Notes: generated by a model from the sequence alone, not told the origin. Numbered from the stretch's first letter, positions 1 to 12,874 are shown. The stretch: 64,000 bases of DNA from Somniosus microcephalus (GCA_052327205.1 CM126227.1:28272001-28336000); one strand, 5' to 3'. Program-made: numbers and translations.

Positions 1-131
1 TCTCACCGGCCAACCATAGCTATCCAATCGCCCATTATATCATGGAGTTCCGTCTGGGAGATAGGTGGGAGATTCTAGACGAAGCAATACCAGGGACTGA
101 AACTGAACTGCTGACCAAGGAGTTATCTCTG
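1..131 (+). CDS. IGSF9B: IGSF9B coding exon, 5'-truncated by the window edge; FN3 domain 2 (SPANHSYPIAHYIMEFRLGDRWEILDEAIPGTETELLTKELSL)
   Basis: Frame from nt 3 resembles recalled human IGSF9B 'PPANHSFPIDRYIMEFRVAERWELLDDGIPGTEGEFFAKDLSQ'. Donor CTG|GTAAGA at 132, phase 0. Confidence 0.95.
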
Positions 132-767
132 GTAAGACATCACCAAGCTGTTTCTAAAATGATCTTAAAGAAATCCACAGTGGATTACATGAATGGAGCG
201 AATATTTTGGCGGGAAGTTTAAATAATGACGACCGCCTCATAAATTAGTACTTTCCTCTCAATCGCCCTGCAATTATTTTCGATTTCCAGCATGGAAAGC
301 TGCAAATACGTGTTTTCTGCCACTTGTAACCAATTGTTTGCGGTTTTTAGTCATTTGTTAATACTTAACGAGCCTTCATTGAATTGTTGCCAACAGAATC
401 AATAACATTGTGGAGTAGATTCCCCCCACCCCCGTGATTGGATTTCGAGCTGGCCGCCTGTTAGTCTTGGCTGGGAGGCCCAGTTCATTTTGAGTAGCAT
501 TTGGCCAGCAGGCTGCGGGCAGAAGATGAGCCCGCCGTAGTATTGGGCGCCCCCGCTGGTCTTGGGGCCGGAAGAGAGTAGGCCAGTGGGTGGGGAACCG
601 GAGCGGCAGTGGACCAGGCCTGGTTTTTGTAGAGCCCGGAGGAGCACTCCCACCCCTCCCGGCCCCACAGAAATAAACAGCAGTCAATCTCTAGAGCAGT
701 CAGGCCAGGAGAGGTGGCTTCGGCCAACTGCGCTTAAAAAAAAATTAATAGTGTATTACAAAACAGT

Positions 768-940
768 GGGGAATTTTGTTGTCTTCATCGCCTAGGCAGT
801 AATCTGGAGGAGCGGATCACCCACTCAAAATCAACGGAATAAAAATTGGGCGGTTTCAAGAACCAGTGGGTGATTCACGCACTTGGCCAGGTTACCCCAC
901 TCCCTCCATCCCCGAGGAACTGAAGAGCAAAATTTTCCCC
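768..940. mobile_element. Short MITE
   Basis: TIRs GGGGAATTTTGTTGTCTTCA / TGAAGAGCAAAATTTTCCCC; related copy at 1255-1421. Confidence 0.65.
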
Positions 941-1095
941 ATTATCTCTAAAGTAATATGTCTGAATGATATGTTATTTTCTTAAATGTAGAAAACTGAA
1001 ATAGAATGGGACTCATCAACTGGACTGTTTACCGCTGAGGTATCAAGGTGAAAGAGATAGATGGCCGGGATTGGGTAACAGTTTTACCTGCCGTA

Positions 1096-1190
1096 ATAAA
1101 AACAGAAAATGCAGGAAATATTCAGCAGGTCAGGCAGCATCTGTGGAGAGAGAAACAGAGTTAACGTTTCAGGTCGATGACCCTTCGTCA
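1096..1190 (-). mobile_element. Short Penelope-type (pLTR-like) insertion with truncated hammerhead motif
   Basis: Same sequence family as the 7797, 16436, 18403 and 34601 copies. 12-bp TSD TTACCTGCCGTA at 1084-1095 and 1191-1202. Confidence 0.75.
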
Positions 1191-1943
1191 TTACCTGCCG
1201 TACGTTATCCCACCTGCAGAGCAGATGATCATTTTACTCAACACCGCACGTGACGGGGTAAATTTTCATCGTCACTGCGTGGGCAGTAACCTGGTGGTAC
1301 GACTCACCCGCCCAGTAGAGAACCCATCTGATTTTCAGTCCACTGATTTCAGTGGGTTCTATAACGGGCGAGCGATCGATCTGCTCTGCCCCATTACCAC
1401 CCGGGCGGTGAAGAGGATTTTCAAAGTGTTCTTGTTTTCTATTCTTGGAATGACTAAGCATTAAGTGGACGGGTGCAGTGGATTAACATCCTCTTATTTC
1501 ATGTCTGGGATCTGAGATTGAATCCACGGCACATGCATAAGATGAGAGTCTCCCCTCTCTGCTGGGCTGAAAGGCTTCTGTGTCAAATGAGTCTCAACCC
1601 ATTGGGCATGAGTCATCAGCACTGGATTGACTATCATTTGGTAGTTTCACTCCAAGAAGCCAAGATAGTAGCAGGTGTAGGAAATGGAATGGTGGCATGG
1701 CTGCAGATGGGGCACTGGCTTGTCAACATCTGCCAACCCTGCTTTAAAGTTTGAAAAGCATTTCTCTTCAAGTTGCCTGTGATTACAAATAAACTCAATT
1801 CTTTTTCAAATTTGTGAGTGGTAAATAAGCATTCTGCTTCTTATAAAGTGGAAGAAAACTGAAACTATGCAAGTAATACTGGTGTAAAGACTTTGCAGAT
1901 GACAGAAATGAGATGCAGACGTTCTTTTTTCTCTTTCTGTCAG

Positions 1944-2028
1944 GACTCCTGGTATGAATTCCGTATAATGGCTGTCATGCAGGACCTGATCAGTGAGCCA
2001 AGTAATATAGTTGGTGTTTCTAGTTCAG
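1944..2028 (+). CDS. IGSF9B: IGSF9B exon, end of FN3 domain (DSWYEFRIMAVMQDLISEPSNIVGVSSS)
   Basis: Polypyrimidine tract plus CAG acceptor at 1941-1943; donor CAG|GTGAGA at 2029; 85 nt, phase 0 to 1. Resembles human 'DTWYEFRVLAVMQDLISEPSNIAGVSST'. Confidence 0.96.
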
Positions 2029-2150
2029 GTGAGACGCATGTACATTCTATATGAGGCGAACTCTGTTGGTCTAAGGGTTGTTAGAAAATTGTTCGAATGT
2101 AAGGCCAGTTATTTCATTGGTTTTTTTTCACATGTTCTCTGTTCTTTTAG

Positions 2151-2312
2151 ATGTCTTTCCACCACCTGAAGTGCCCGAGGAAGGCCTGGCCCGGCCAGTT
2201 GTGGCTGGGATTGTCGCCACCATCTGCTTCCTGGCGGCAGCCATTTTATTCAGTACCTTGGCTGCTTGCTTTGTTAACCGGCAGCGGAAGCGGAAAAATA
2301 AGAGAAAGAGGG
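2151..2312 (+). CDS. IGSF9B: IGSF9B transmembrane exon (DVFPPPEVPEEGLARPVVAGIVATICFLAAAILFSTLAACFVNRQRKRKNKRKR)
   Basis: TTTTAG acceptor ends at 2150; donor G|GTAAGC at 2313; 162 nt, phase 1 to 1. Hydrophobic helix followed by a basic stop-transfer cluster. Confidence 0.97.
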
Positions 2313-2480
2313 GTAAGCAGGAGCTGGCCTTTTAAAATGCTTCCATTAGGAAACACATACAGTGACTCTCAAAAGACTAAGTCACTCATGCTGTCTGGGA
2401 ATCGCAATTTAAATTGGCTAAATGAACAAAGTTGTCACTGTGATGCTGTAAATTGGAGCATTGATGTGCAGTACCAGTAG

Positions 2481-3670
2481 AGAACATAAGAAATAGGAGC
2501 AGGAGTAGGCCATTTGGCCCTTCGAGCCTGCTCCGCCATTCAATAAAATCATGGCTGATTTTCTACCTCAACTCCACCTTCCTGCACTATCCCCATATCC
2601 CTTAATTCACTTCATTCCCAAAAAGTTATCAACCTCTGTCTTGAATATACTCAATGACTTAGCACCCACAGCTCTCTGGGGTAGAGAATTCCAAAGATTT
2701 ACAACCCTCTGAGTGAAGAAATTCCTCCTCATCTCAGTACTAAATGGCCGACCCCTTATTCTGTGACTGTGACCCTGTGTTCTAGATTCTCCAGCCACGG
2801 GTAACATTTTCCCAGCATTAACCCTGTCAAGCCCCTTAAGAATTTTATGGGGGAAAAATGGTGTCGCGCCCCCTTTGGGGCACTAACTTCGCCGGGGCGC
2901 TATTTTTAGCACCCCGAAAAAATTAGCATCCCCGTGGCCGAAATTGAATGGTAGCGGCCCAAGAAGGAAGCGGGGCACTATTGGAAATGCAATGCCTCCC
3001 TGTTGGGGCACTGCAAGGGAGTATCGCGGCGCTACATGCCGCGGTACTGCAGGTCTTTCTCCCCTTCTTAAAGGGTAGGGGCCTGGCGCAGCACGTCCCA
3101 GCACCCAGCCGGGCCACCAGGGATTGGGAGTACCAGCAAACGAGCCTGGCACTCAAGAAGAGTGCCGGGCTCACAGAGAGCAGCCGGCACCCCGCAGGGG
3201 GTCTTCACGGGGGCCGGGGACGGCAACGGGGGCAGGTGCTGGCAGGCGGCCAGCAACAAAAATGGCCGCCCGCCACCTCCCCTTTAACTAGCACTGCTCC
3301 GGCCGCAGGTAGGCCCCCCTGACCCCGTCAGACATAGCGTCCAGCGGTAAGTCGGGGGGCGCCACCGAAGATCGCAGCTGGGACGCGAGCGAGGCGCTGC
3401 ACACGGCGATGACGTCATCGCCAGCGGCGCAGCGCTGCGAGGCGCTAACGGTTACATCTGCCGCTAACCTCCCGCTGAATTTCGCGGGAGACGCTGGCGG
3501 CGCCGCACCCAGGCTTTGCGCTCTGTTAGCGCCCTCTTAGGGCACTAACGGGAGGGGCAAAGTAACCAAATTTTTCCCCCTATATGTTTCAATTAGATCA
3601 CCTCTCATGCTTCTAAACTCTAAGGAATATAGGCCTAGTCTACTCAATCTCTCCTCATAGGGCAATCCCC
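2481..3670 (-). mobile_element. CR1-type LINE 3' fragment, interrupted by a MITE at 2849-3580
   Basis: CR1 tail repeat (AGAACATAAGAAATAGG on +). ORF 2607-2807 has the CR1 C-terminal motif 'RRNFFTQRVVNLWNSLP'. The LINE resumes at 3581. Confidence 0.9.
2849..3580. mobile_element. GC-rich non-autonomous DNA transposon (PIF/Harbinger-like MITE)
   Basis: TIRs GGGGGAAAAAT...ATTTTTCCCCC; 3-bp TSD TAT at 2846-2848 and 3581-3583; cleanly splits a CR1. Confidence 0.85.
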
Positions 3671-4281
3671 TAGAGGGAAGGACACGGGTTCATACCTTTA
3701 CTCCATTGAGCTTCTACTGACAGCCACACTGCCGAGTAAGGAACTAAGTGAAAACCTAATGTCAGAATGGAGGAGAAATAAGGATGCATGTCTCCACTGG
3801 ACCAATCACCGGCAGCTCCTGGAGTCTATTTAGGGCAGTGTTGGCAGTAATCTGAGACATGGCTCCCTATCCCAGCCTTAGGGGACACATAAGGTGGCTC
3901 AGGGAACCTATGAAGGGAGAAATAAGGAAGAAAGTCTTTTTGTCCTGATCAAAGAGTAAATAATTGATTTTCATATTTTGCCTGTAAGAAATATTCAGAT
4001 ATTGTTTGATTCACTGAGAGAGACCGAATAATTCATTGTGATGATAACCTTTAAAATTCACTCTTCATAAAACCTGTTTGGAACAGTCTGTGATGTACTC
4101 AGCAAGCACCACCAGCCTGATACGAGGCTCTCCAAAAGTACCAATTCTTTCTGCACAACTACTTGGAGCACGTCTCGTTATTTTATAGATTGTCTTCTTT
4201 TCAGGGCAATGTTTAAAATCAAATTTAATGAAACCATTTAATTGATCTTGATAATTGTGGATGGTGTCGTGCTGAGACTAT

Positions 4282-5115
4282 GGGCTGGATTTTATCAATG
4301 GAGGCGAGTAGGAGGCGGGACTCCCACTTTCGGGGTTGTAGTCCCGCCTCCATCGAGTTGTGGCCAACCCACACGATTTTCACTTGATTGACCTTGTGGA
4401 GACCGCCCAGCGGGCTCAACAGGCCAATTAAGGGCCACCCGGCAACAGGTGACGTCACAGATTGACATTTCATCTGTCAAGAGCTTTTAACAGATGAAAT
4501 ATCAGCGTTTGACAGCTCTTTGAAGCTGTCAAACACTGACAATCTGTACACTAAGTTAATTCCTTCCTCTCAGGCTGATTTAGAGATCTCTCCAGAACAG
4601 AAAGCAGAGGCTGCAACTTTTGACAGCTCGCGGCCATTCTGCTTTTTGTGCCGGTGAGATGAGGGACTCCCGAGACCTGAAGGAAGGAAGGCTGTAAAGG
4701 TAAGTAAAACTTATTTAAACACTTTACACACACCAAACACACTTACCTCTGCACTCATGCACCCATCACTCACCTGAACACCAGACATCTCGAACCCTCC
4801 AAGTCCTTCAGCCTGACGGTCCGCCTCGCTAACTTGGCGTGGTTTGGAGCCGTCGGACAGCCCACACTTCAGGGATAAAAATAGGGATTAGGCTAAAAAC
4901 TGCCTGTTAACTACCTGTTAACAGGCAGTTAATTGGCACTAATCCCCATCCCGCATCAGGGAGCCGGGTCCCAGCACGGGTCGGGTAGCCGCCTCCTGGG
5001 AAACGGGCATGGAGGCGGGTTGGGGGCGCGATGGGTTCCTGCCCCCCAATTTCGCGATTTTTAACCCCCCACACGCCTCCAATCCTGCCTCAACGGCCCG
5101 ATGAAATTCGAGCCC
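4282..5115. mobile_element. Harbinger-like MITE (family also at 12036 and 12875)
   Basis: TIRs GGGCTGGATTTTATC / GATGAAATTCGAGCCC; TSD TAT on both sides; internal palindromes TGACAGCT...AGCTGTCA and CTGCCTGTTAAC...GTTAACAGGCAG. Confidence 0.85.
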
Positions 5116-5513
5116 TATGTCTATATGAAGGTGGCTGCTCTTCCCCACTTTCTTGTCCATGGTGCTGCCTCTCATACTTAATTAGTTTACAGAATGAGGT
5201 TGGACACAGACAAATCTATCATCTGCTTTGAAATGTTAATGAATTGACCTCCCAAGCTCCAAATTGGTTTGCATTTACCTGAACTTAACATCCAAGGCCT
5301 CGATCAGTTTGCAGCTGCACTTATTTGGCTGCACAGTTTAAAAATGCCAGTGACTCCCTGACCTTCTGGGAGCCATCTGGTGCAATCATCCTTCCCTTTT
5401 CTCTCTAATGCGTGCACAGGAACTGGGTGACAAAGTGCGGAGAAGAGGAGAAAACCCGGGGAGTCACATTGTTACAGGAGGATCGGGAGTAGTCAGGGTC
5501 AATGGTAGCTACT

Positions 5514-5624
5514 GTTTTTCCTACCTTACAACAGTGACTACACTTCAAAAGTACTTCGTTGGTTGTAAAGCGCTTTGGGACTTCCTGAGGTCATGAAAGG
5601 CGCTATATAAATGCAAGTCTTTTT
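5514..5624 (+). mobile_element. SINE/L2-type 3' tail (SacSINE1-like)
   Basis: ACAACAGTGACTACACTTCAAAAGTACTTC...GAAAGGCGCTATATAAATGCAAGTC; same tail at 31402-31539. Confidence 0.7.
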
Positions 5625-5753
5625 GCTTGTCAGCTCGTGAAAGTGCTGCTAATAAAAATGAGGTGGTTTCACAAAGCTGTAGAAACACGAGTGTCATATT
5701 TATCCAGTGAACATCTAACAGTTTCCCAATGCGAATAGTTATTAACTTAACAG

Positions 5754-6293
5754 AACAACAACAACAACTTGTATTTATAGAGCACCTTTAATGTAGTTAA
5801 ATGTCCCAAGGCGCTGCACAGGAGTATTTTAAGACAAAAAATTTGACACCGATCCACATCCACATAAGGATAAATTAGGGCAGGTGACCAAAAGCTTGGT
5901 CAAAGAGGTAGGTTTTAAGGAGCGTCTTAAAGGAGGAAAAAGAGGTAGCGAGGCGGAGAGGTTTAGGCAGGGAATTCCAGAGCTTAGGGCCTAGGCAACA
6001 GAAGGCACGGCCACCAATGGTGGAGCGATTATAATTAATGGATGCTCAAGAGGGCAGAGTTAGAGGAGCGCAGATATCTCGGGGGGGGTTGTGAGGCTGA
6101 AGGAAATTACAGAGAGAGGGAGGAGCGAGGCCATGGAGGGACTTGAAAACAAGGATGAGAATTTTGAAATCGAGGCGCTGCTTAACCGGGAGCCATTGTA
6201 GGTCAGCGAGCACAGGGGTGATGGGCGAACGGGACTTGGTGCGAGTTAGGACACGGGCAGCCGAGTTTTGGATGACCTCAGGTTTACGTAGGG
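5754..6293 (-). mobile_element. L2-type LINE 3' fragment
   Basis: (CAA)n tail and L2-like 3' end on the minus strand; close paralogue at 35382-35838. Confidence 0.8.
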
Positions 6294-6974
6294 TTAGAAG
6301 TTAGATGGTTGTGTTTATTTTCTGTTTGGTTTTAATAGAAAGTGGCTCCATAACAGAAGCTGTAAAGAAATCCACAACAATCTGATATTTGAAATATCTT
6401 AACTTTTAGATTATTTTCTGCTGTAGTATTTAGTTTCAGTGCAAAACCTCCGTAACAAAAACCGTTAGTTTGGGCCTGCTTGGTCCTGCTCACTAAGAGA
6501 GTTTGAATGCAATTGTAGATGCACAGCGTTACAGCATGTTATCAAACTCCAGACCACATATAACAAAGTGTGATTGGTGAGGCATGGCGTAAACTGGAAA
6601 TAAATCCTGTTTTACATTATAATCGATATTCATTCATTTAGCGTAGAACAGTAAGTGAAGATATTTATTTTCAAATAAATCTTAACATTAACAAGTTATT
6701 TAATGAAAGATTCCTTCTCTAATGGAGATTTTTTTTTCAGTTGAAATTAAAACAGCAAATGTTATTTTTATTTTGGATTTCCAGCACCTACAGATGTTTT
6801 AATTTACTGTTTTAATTTCAACTTTTTTTTTGAATATCAAGGAGAAGAATTTTTCATATTTTACAATGCTTAAACCTGGAAATTTAAGCCTGAGGTAGTT
6901 ACACCATTACAGCTCAGCAATTTTGAGGCCGCTGTTTAGGACACATTTCCCACCTGTTTGGGTTTTTTAATTGT

Positions 6975-8125
6975 TTTTTCAGATGTGGGCAATTCGAGCA
7001 AGGGCGCATTTATTGCCGATCACTAGATATCCTGAGAAGGTGGTCGTGAGCCTATTCCTTGAACCCTTGTGCTTTTGGTGCTTCCACAATGATATTAGGT
7101 AGGGAATTCCAGAAGTTTGAACCTGTGACCATGAAGGAACGGCGGTATACCTATGTCAGGTCGGTCCAAGACTGCGAGGAGAACTTTGAGGTTATGGTGT
7201 TCCTATCACGTTGCTGCTCTTGTCCCTCTTGGTGGTTGAGGTCATGAGGCTCGGAGATGCTGTTGAAGTAAGCTTGGTGAATTACTACATTGCATCGTGT
7301 AGATACTATACACAGCAGTCGCAGTGTATTGGTGGTGAAGGAGATGGCTATTGAGTTCAGTGGCAGGGGTGCTGATCAAGCAGATTACTCTGTCCTGGAT
7401 GGCATTGAGCTTCTTGAGTGCTGTTGCAGCTGCAATCATCCAGGTGAGTGTTGAGTATTCCATACAATCCTGACTTGAACCTTGTAGATGGTGGAGAGGC
7501 TTTGAAGGTTCAGGAAAAGAACCAGTCATCGCAGATTATCCAGCCTTTGCCCTACTCTTGTAGCCACAATGTAGATATGGCTGCTCCAGTTAGGCTTTTG
7601 GTCAGTGATCACCCCGAGATGTTGATGGCGGGGGAATTTGACAATGGCGGTGATGTTGAAAATTTTATATGGTACAAATGTGAGCTGCCGCTTCTCAGCC
7701 CAAGCCTGCATGTTGTCCAGATATCAGGCTGGTATGCAATGCATCATTATCAGAGGCATTCTGACTGGAGCTGAAAACTGTAGAATCATCATCAAAATAT
7801 AATAGCAAAATACTGCGGATTCTGGAAATCTGAAATAACAACAGAAAATGCTGGAAATGCTCAGCAGGCCAGGCAGCATCCGTGGAGAGAGAAACAGAGT
7901 TAACATTTCAGTTCTGGGACCCTTCATCAGAATCATCATCAAACCCTGATGGAAGGAATAACAACAGAAGGTCATTGATGATGGTTGAGGAACTCCTACA
8001 GTGATATCCTGGGGCTGCAATGATTGGTCTCCAACAACCACAGCCATCTTCATTGTGTCAGGTGTGACTTCTACCACTATAGGGTTTTCCCCTTGATCCT
8101 CGTTGACCTCAACCTTGCACATGCA
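6975..8125 (-). mobile_element. Degraded non-LTR retrotransposon (CR1/L2 group)
   Basis: RT-like peptide remnants (MEYSTLTWMIAAATALKKLNAIQDR; ITVGVPQ). The 3' end is related to 44244-44400. Confidence 0.65.
7797..7928 (-). mobile_element. Short Penelope-type insertion inside an old LINE
   Basis: 15-bp TSD AGAATCATCATCAAA at 7782-7796 and 7929-7943. Family motif AGAAAATGCTGGAAAT.CTCAGCAGG.CAGGCAGCATC. Confidence 0.75.
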
Positions 8126-8479
8126 GCCATATCACTGTTTAGGGAAAGTGCATTTTAGCACTGAGTATGTTGCCAGTATAATAGATAATTAATTGGAAAG
8201 CACTCAATATCCCAATGCTAATGAATTGCACATGCACTGTATTACTAGTTCTCCTATTCAACCAGTCTCCAGTCTGTTTTCATGACTCTTAATTGAAAGA
8301 TAAACTGCTGTGCACTTCAGCTGACACCTACACTTTTTGGCAAACTATGAGTACTAGATTCAGTGCGCCATTAGCACTACAATTGTCAGATAAGGACTAA
8401 CGAGCAGGAAAGGATTGTCCGTGATGCCAGATAGCATGCAAGACATGTGGTCAAGACCCACTTGTACGCAACGCAACAT

Positions 8480-9290
8480 GTCTACCGTACCAGGCACAGC
8501 TACCTGAGAATGACAAAGGAGGCTGAGGCTTCACATGAAGACCTTGGCATAGCCATGCCATCTGTTCAATGAAGACCTCCAGACAAGATCCAACATCTGC
8601 ATGGCACTGCCAATGGCTGTCAAAGTCACCACTGCCCTCAATTTTTATTGTGTCTGGCTTCTTCCAGTTTAGCACTGAGGAGCTCTGCAGTTTCACCGAG
8701 TTTGCAGCAAGCAGGTGGAGTAAGGAGATTATTGGTCCATTATTCCACAGGATTATTACGAACACAACTTCATCATTTTTGCTCGTGACCAACAGCAGCA
8801 ATGTGGTAGAGCGACACAATTCTACATATCTGCTGGCTGTCCCAGATTGTACCCATGTTGCCAGTCGGTTATATATGAATGGTGCTATATGAACTGAAAG
8901 GGAATTTAATCTCTGTGTCCAGCACAGAAAAATGCAGATGAATAACTGCTTCTCCAGAAGCTGTCATCATGATGCCTTAATTGTAAGGAAAGCATCCATC
9001 CAAGAAGAGTGGAAAGAAGGTTTGTGGGAGACTAAGGGTACACTCTACAACCATGGTTCATGACACCTGCGCACCAGCCAAGGACAGAATCAGAGTGCAG
9101 ATACAATTAATCATAAGTTACAAGCAGTATGATTATCAAACGTACCGTTGCGATCTTAAAACAGTGCTTCTAGATTTCTCAACCGAGTGGAGAAACCCTA
9201 CAGTGTAATCGTCCCCGGACCGTCCCCCCAACATGACTTTCACATATAATTGTCATCTGCTACAAGTTTGCAAACAAGCCTCATGCAGAT
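8480..9290 (+). pseudogene. Decayed Harbinger (HARBI1-like DDE) transposase
   Basis: Frameshifted motifs in order: VYRTRHSYL, ALPMAVKVTTALNFY..SGFFQ (8604), DCTHVA (8845-8862), CH(H)DA, PWFMTP..RYN, RTVAILKQCF. Multiple stops. Confidence 0.75.
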
Positions 9291-9407
9291 CAAATAACAG
9301 GATGGTGAAGGCATGGCAGAGCAAGAGGGTGAAAGTGGCAATAAGGAATTAGCTGTAGAATAAGCGTTACTGGAGAGAGGACTGGAGCACCAGGTACCAA
9401 AGTTTAA

Positions 9408-10257
9408 GGGGGAGAAATTCGGTATCGCCCCGTTTGGCACTAATTATCGCCTCCGACTGCAAACTTGGCTTCTATCACCCCTGGAGGTGATTGGAGCGTT
9501 AAATCAGGCGCTACACACCTCTCTTAAAGTGCTAATGCCAAGGAGCGAGACGCTACCCCAGAGCGCTGGCAAAGCTCGTGATGTCAGTCAGCAATAGAAC
9601 ACAGACACACTGGCACCAGCCAGTTCTTAAAGGGGAGGGTCGATCTTGCTCTCCATCCACACCCTGCTCATTGCAGCCTTGAATCTCGGCCTGGAGAGAC
9701 CTGTTCATCAATTCTGCTGGAAAGAACAATGGAGAAGCCCAGGGAAAGAGCTCAGAGTGCAGCCCCCATAGTCTCTTCTAAATTGATGCAAGGAAGGTCA
9801 AATCAAAATGAACCTGCAAAGTGCTGCTCAGTATCCAAAACTCCTTCACACAGCATTGAATCTCTCCAGAAGTCTCTCTCTCTCTCTCAGAATGCGTGGT
9901 GCAAAAATGTCGCTGACAAAAAAAGTCAGGAAGCGGCCGCCTTTAAATAGCGCTCCCCCAGTCCCTTGCCGACTGCAAAACGTTCCACTCTACCTGTCGT
10001 TGCTAGCGGCAGGCGGAAAGGCAGGGGGCGCCACTCAATATCTGGTCCGGGGCGCTACTGGGGCGTTGCACATTCAACTGACGTCAGGATCTGTGGGCGC
10101 AGGAGATCATGGCGGTAGTGTTTAGCGCCGCCGCAAAATGTCTGGTCAATTTCGCGAGCGGCACAAACATCACCGCGCCCGGGCACCAGTTGCTTTGCGC
10201 CCCATTAACGCCCTCTTAGGGCGTTAACGGAGGTGCATAGCAACCAAATTTTTCCCC
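9408..10257. mobile_element. Harbinger-like MITE (close relative of 39102-39777)
   Basis: TIRs GGGGGAGAAATT...AATTTTTCCCC; flanks TAA/TGA; high similarity to the 39.1-kb copy. Confidence 0.85.
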
Positions 10258-10398
10258 TGAATCTCCAAAGTAACTACGTACAACTATCTGCTCTTATATT
10301 GGTCATCACTGCAGATTCCATAGGCATTCCCACATACAATACGGCAGACTGCAGTGCAACTATTCATCGATGACTGTGCGAATCCAGGTAGTGGAATC

Positions 10399-10654
10399 TG
10401 TTAAGTATGTGTATTGTATTGAACAATTAACACAAAGACTTAAACGTATAACTCAAACAGGCCTTTACTGGTTGGAGGTAGGGACTGCACATAGGTCTTT
10501 ACTTCATGCCCACAGGCGGGAACTGAGGGGGATCAGTACCCACAGTACTATTTATACCCCTATGGCCAGGAGTGGTACTGCGTATCACTACGCCCAACAA
10601 GTAGTGCAGTCCTGTCCATAGGTTCAAAGTAGCACACATATTACATACACAACA
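10399..10654 (-). mobile_element. Solo LTR, probably Gypsy-type
   Basis: TGTT...AACA termini; 5-bp TSD GAATC at 10394-10398 and 10655-10659; TATAAATA and AGTAAA on the minus strand. Confidence 0.8.
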
Positions 10655-12035
10655 GAATCCTCCATTCAGACCTCCCAGCTTTGCATGGACACAGGTGACT
10701 GACGTGGACAATCCTGTTCAGCTAGCAATCTCTGTTTGTAAGTGGGCTCCGTGAGGTCTGAATTGTTAGCTGTGTAACAAAGGCAGGAGCCTTGTTTTGG
10801 CCAGCCAGCCAGTAAGTCCCTTATCTTCAGCAACCACTACCACTTGCTCCACCTCACCTGCACACTGCGACGCACCCTGTGCTACCTTCGCAACAAAATA
10901 GATGAATTAATAGCGCAGATCGAAATTAATAGGTTTAATCTGATAGCCATTACGGAGACGTGATTGCTATGTGGCCAAGGTTGGGAACTAAATATTCCAG
11001 GATAACTAACTTTTAGAAGAGATAGACAAAATGGAAAAGGAGGAGGGGTAGCCCTGATAATAAAGGATGGGATAAAGACAGTAGAGAGAAAGGATCTTAG
11101 CACCGAAAATCAAGAAGTAGAATCAGTTTGGGTGGAGTTAAGAAAGAGCAAGGGGCAGAAAACATTGGTAGGATTTGTTTATAGGCCCCCAAACAGTAGT
11201 TGTAATGTAGGACAGAGTATAAATCAGGAAATTAGAGGCGCATGTAACAAGGGTAATACAGTAATCATGGGGGACTTTAATCTACATATAGACTGGGCAA
11301 ACCAAATTTATAGTAATAGTGTGGAGGACAAATTCATGGAATATATGCAAGATAGTTTTCTAGATCAGTATGTTGAGGAACTAACTAGGGAACAGGCTAT
11401 TTTAGATCTAGTATTGTGCAACGAGAAAGAATTAATTAATAACCTTGTAGTAAAGGGGCCTTTAGGGAAGAGTGACCATAATATGATAGAATTTTATATT
11501 GAGTTTGAAAGTGATTTAGTTAAATCCGAAACTAGGGTCTTAAATCTAAACACAGCAAACTATGTAGGTATGAGGGGCGAGTTGGCTAAGGTAGATTGGG
11601 AAACTACATTAAAAGGTATGACGGTAGAGAAGCAATGGCAAGCATTTAAAGAATTAATACATAATTTACAACAGGCCTTGTCCTTTAAGGCACAAAAACC
11701 CCACAGGAAAAGTGGTCCAACCGTGGCTAACAAGAGAAGTTAAAGATAGTATTAGATCAAAGGAAGAGGCTTATAATGTTGCCAAAAAGAGTAGTAAGCC
11801 TGAGGATTGGGAGGATTTTAGAATTCAGCAAAGGAGGACCAAGAAATTGATAAAGAAAGGGAAAATAGAATATGAGAGTAAACTAGCGAGAGACAAAAAA
11901 TCAGACTGTAAAAGCTTCTATAGGTATGTAAAAAGGAAAAGATTAGCAAAAGTAAATGTGGGTCTCTTACAGGCTGAGACAGGAGAAATTATAATTGGGA
12001 ATAAGGAAATGGCAGAGAAATTAAACAAATACTCT

Positions 12036-12871
12036 GGGCCAGATTTTGCCAATGGGGAGCTTTTGGAGGCGGGACTCCCACTTGTCGGGTTTTAGTCCCG
12101 CCTCCATCGACTTCTGGCTAACCCACGCTATTTTCCCTTGATTGACCTTGTTAAGCCCACCCAGTGGGCTTAGCAGGCCAATTAAGGGGAAGCCGGTTAC
12201 AGAGAACATCAGCATATGACGTTTCATCTGTCAAAACTTTTTGACAGATGAATTGTCATCATTTGACAGCTCTGTGAAGCTGTCAATCACTGACATTCTC
12301 TGTAGTTTGATGAGTTCTTGAATTCAAGACTCATCAAACCTCTTTCTTTAGCAGAAATTAGATGGTTGTTGCATTGGAGAATGCAGCGGCCATCTGTCAT
12401 CTCTGCCGCGGAGATGCGAGACTCTCCGCATACCCAACTCTTGAAGCCTGAAGGAAGAAACAAAGGTAAGTAAACATTTTCTATCACTTTCCACTTACCT
12501 CACATACTCATCTCTCCACACTTGCACCCATCGCTTACCTTCACAGCGCACTTTTGCACCCCGCAGACCCACTGCTCGCCTCGGTGACCCTGGTGGGGTT
12601 CGGAGCTTTCGGGAAGCCCGCACTTGTGTCATTAAAAATGGGGATAATCCTCTTATCTGCCTGTTAACTACCTGTTAACAGGCAGTTAAGTGGCTGTAAT
12701 CTCCTTCCCGCCTCCAAGAGATGGGACCCGGCGTGGGTCGGCTACCCACTTCCTGGCAAGATGGCATGGAGGCAGGTTGGGGGTGGGATGGGCACCTGCC
12801 CCCAGATTCTGCCATTTTCCCGGCAGCCCCGCCTCCATACCTGCCTCCCCAGCGCTGGTAAGGTCGCGTCC
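12036..12871. mobile_element. Harbinger-like MITE (4282 family), copy 1 of a tandem pair
   Basis: Starts GGGCCAGATTTTGCCAATGG and is colinear with 4282-5115. Confidence 0.8.
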
Positions 12872-12874
12872 TTT

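Noticed and set aside
2883-3322. GC/CpG-rich ORF cluster as a CpG-island promoter or gene
   Set aside because: It lies entirely within a TIR/TSD-bounded MITE inserted in a CR1.
8480-9290. Domesticated HARBI1 gene
   Set aside because: Multiple stops and frameshifts, and nested among other TEs; it is a fossil.
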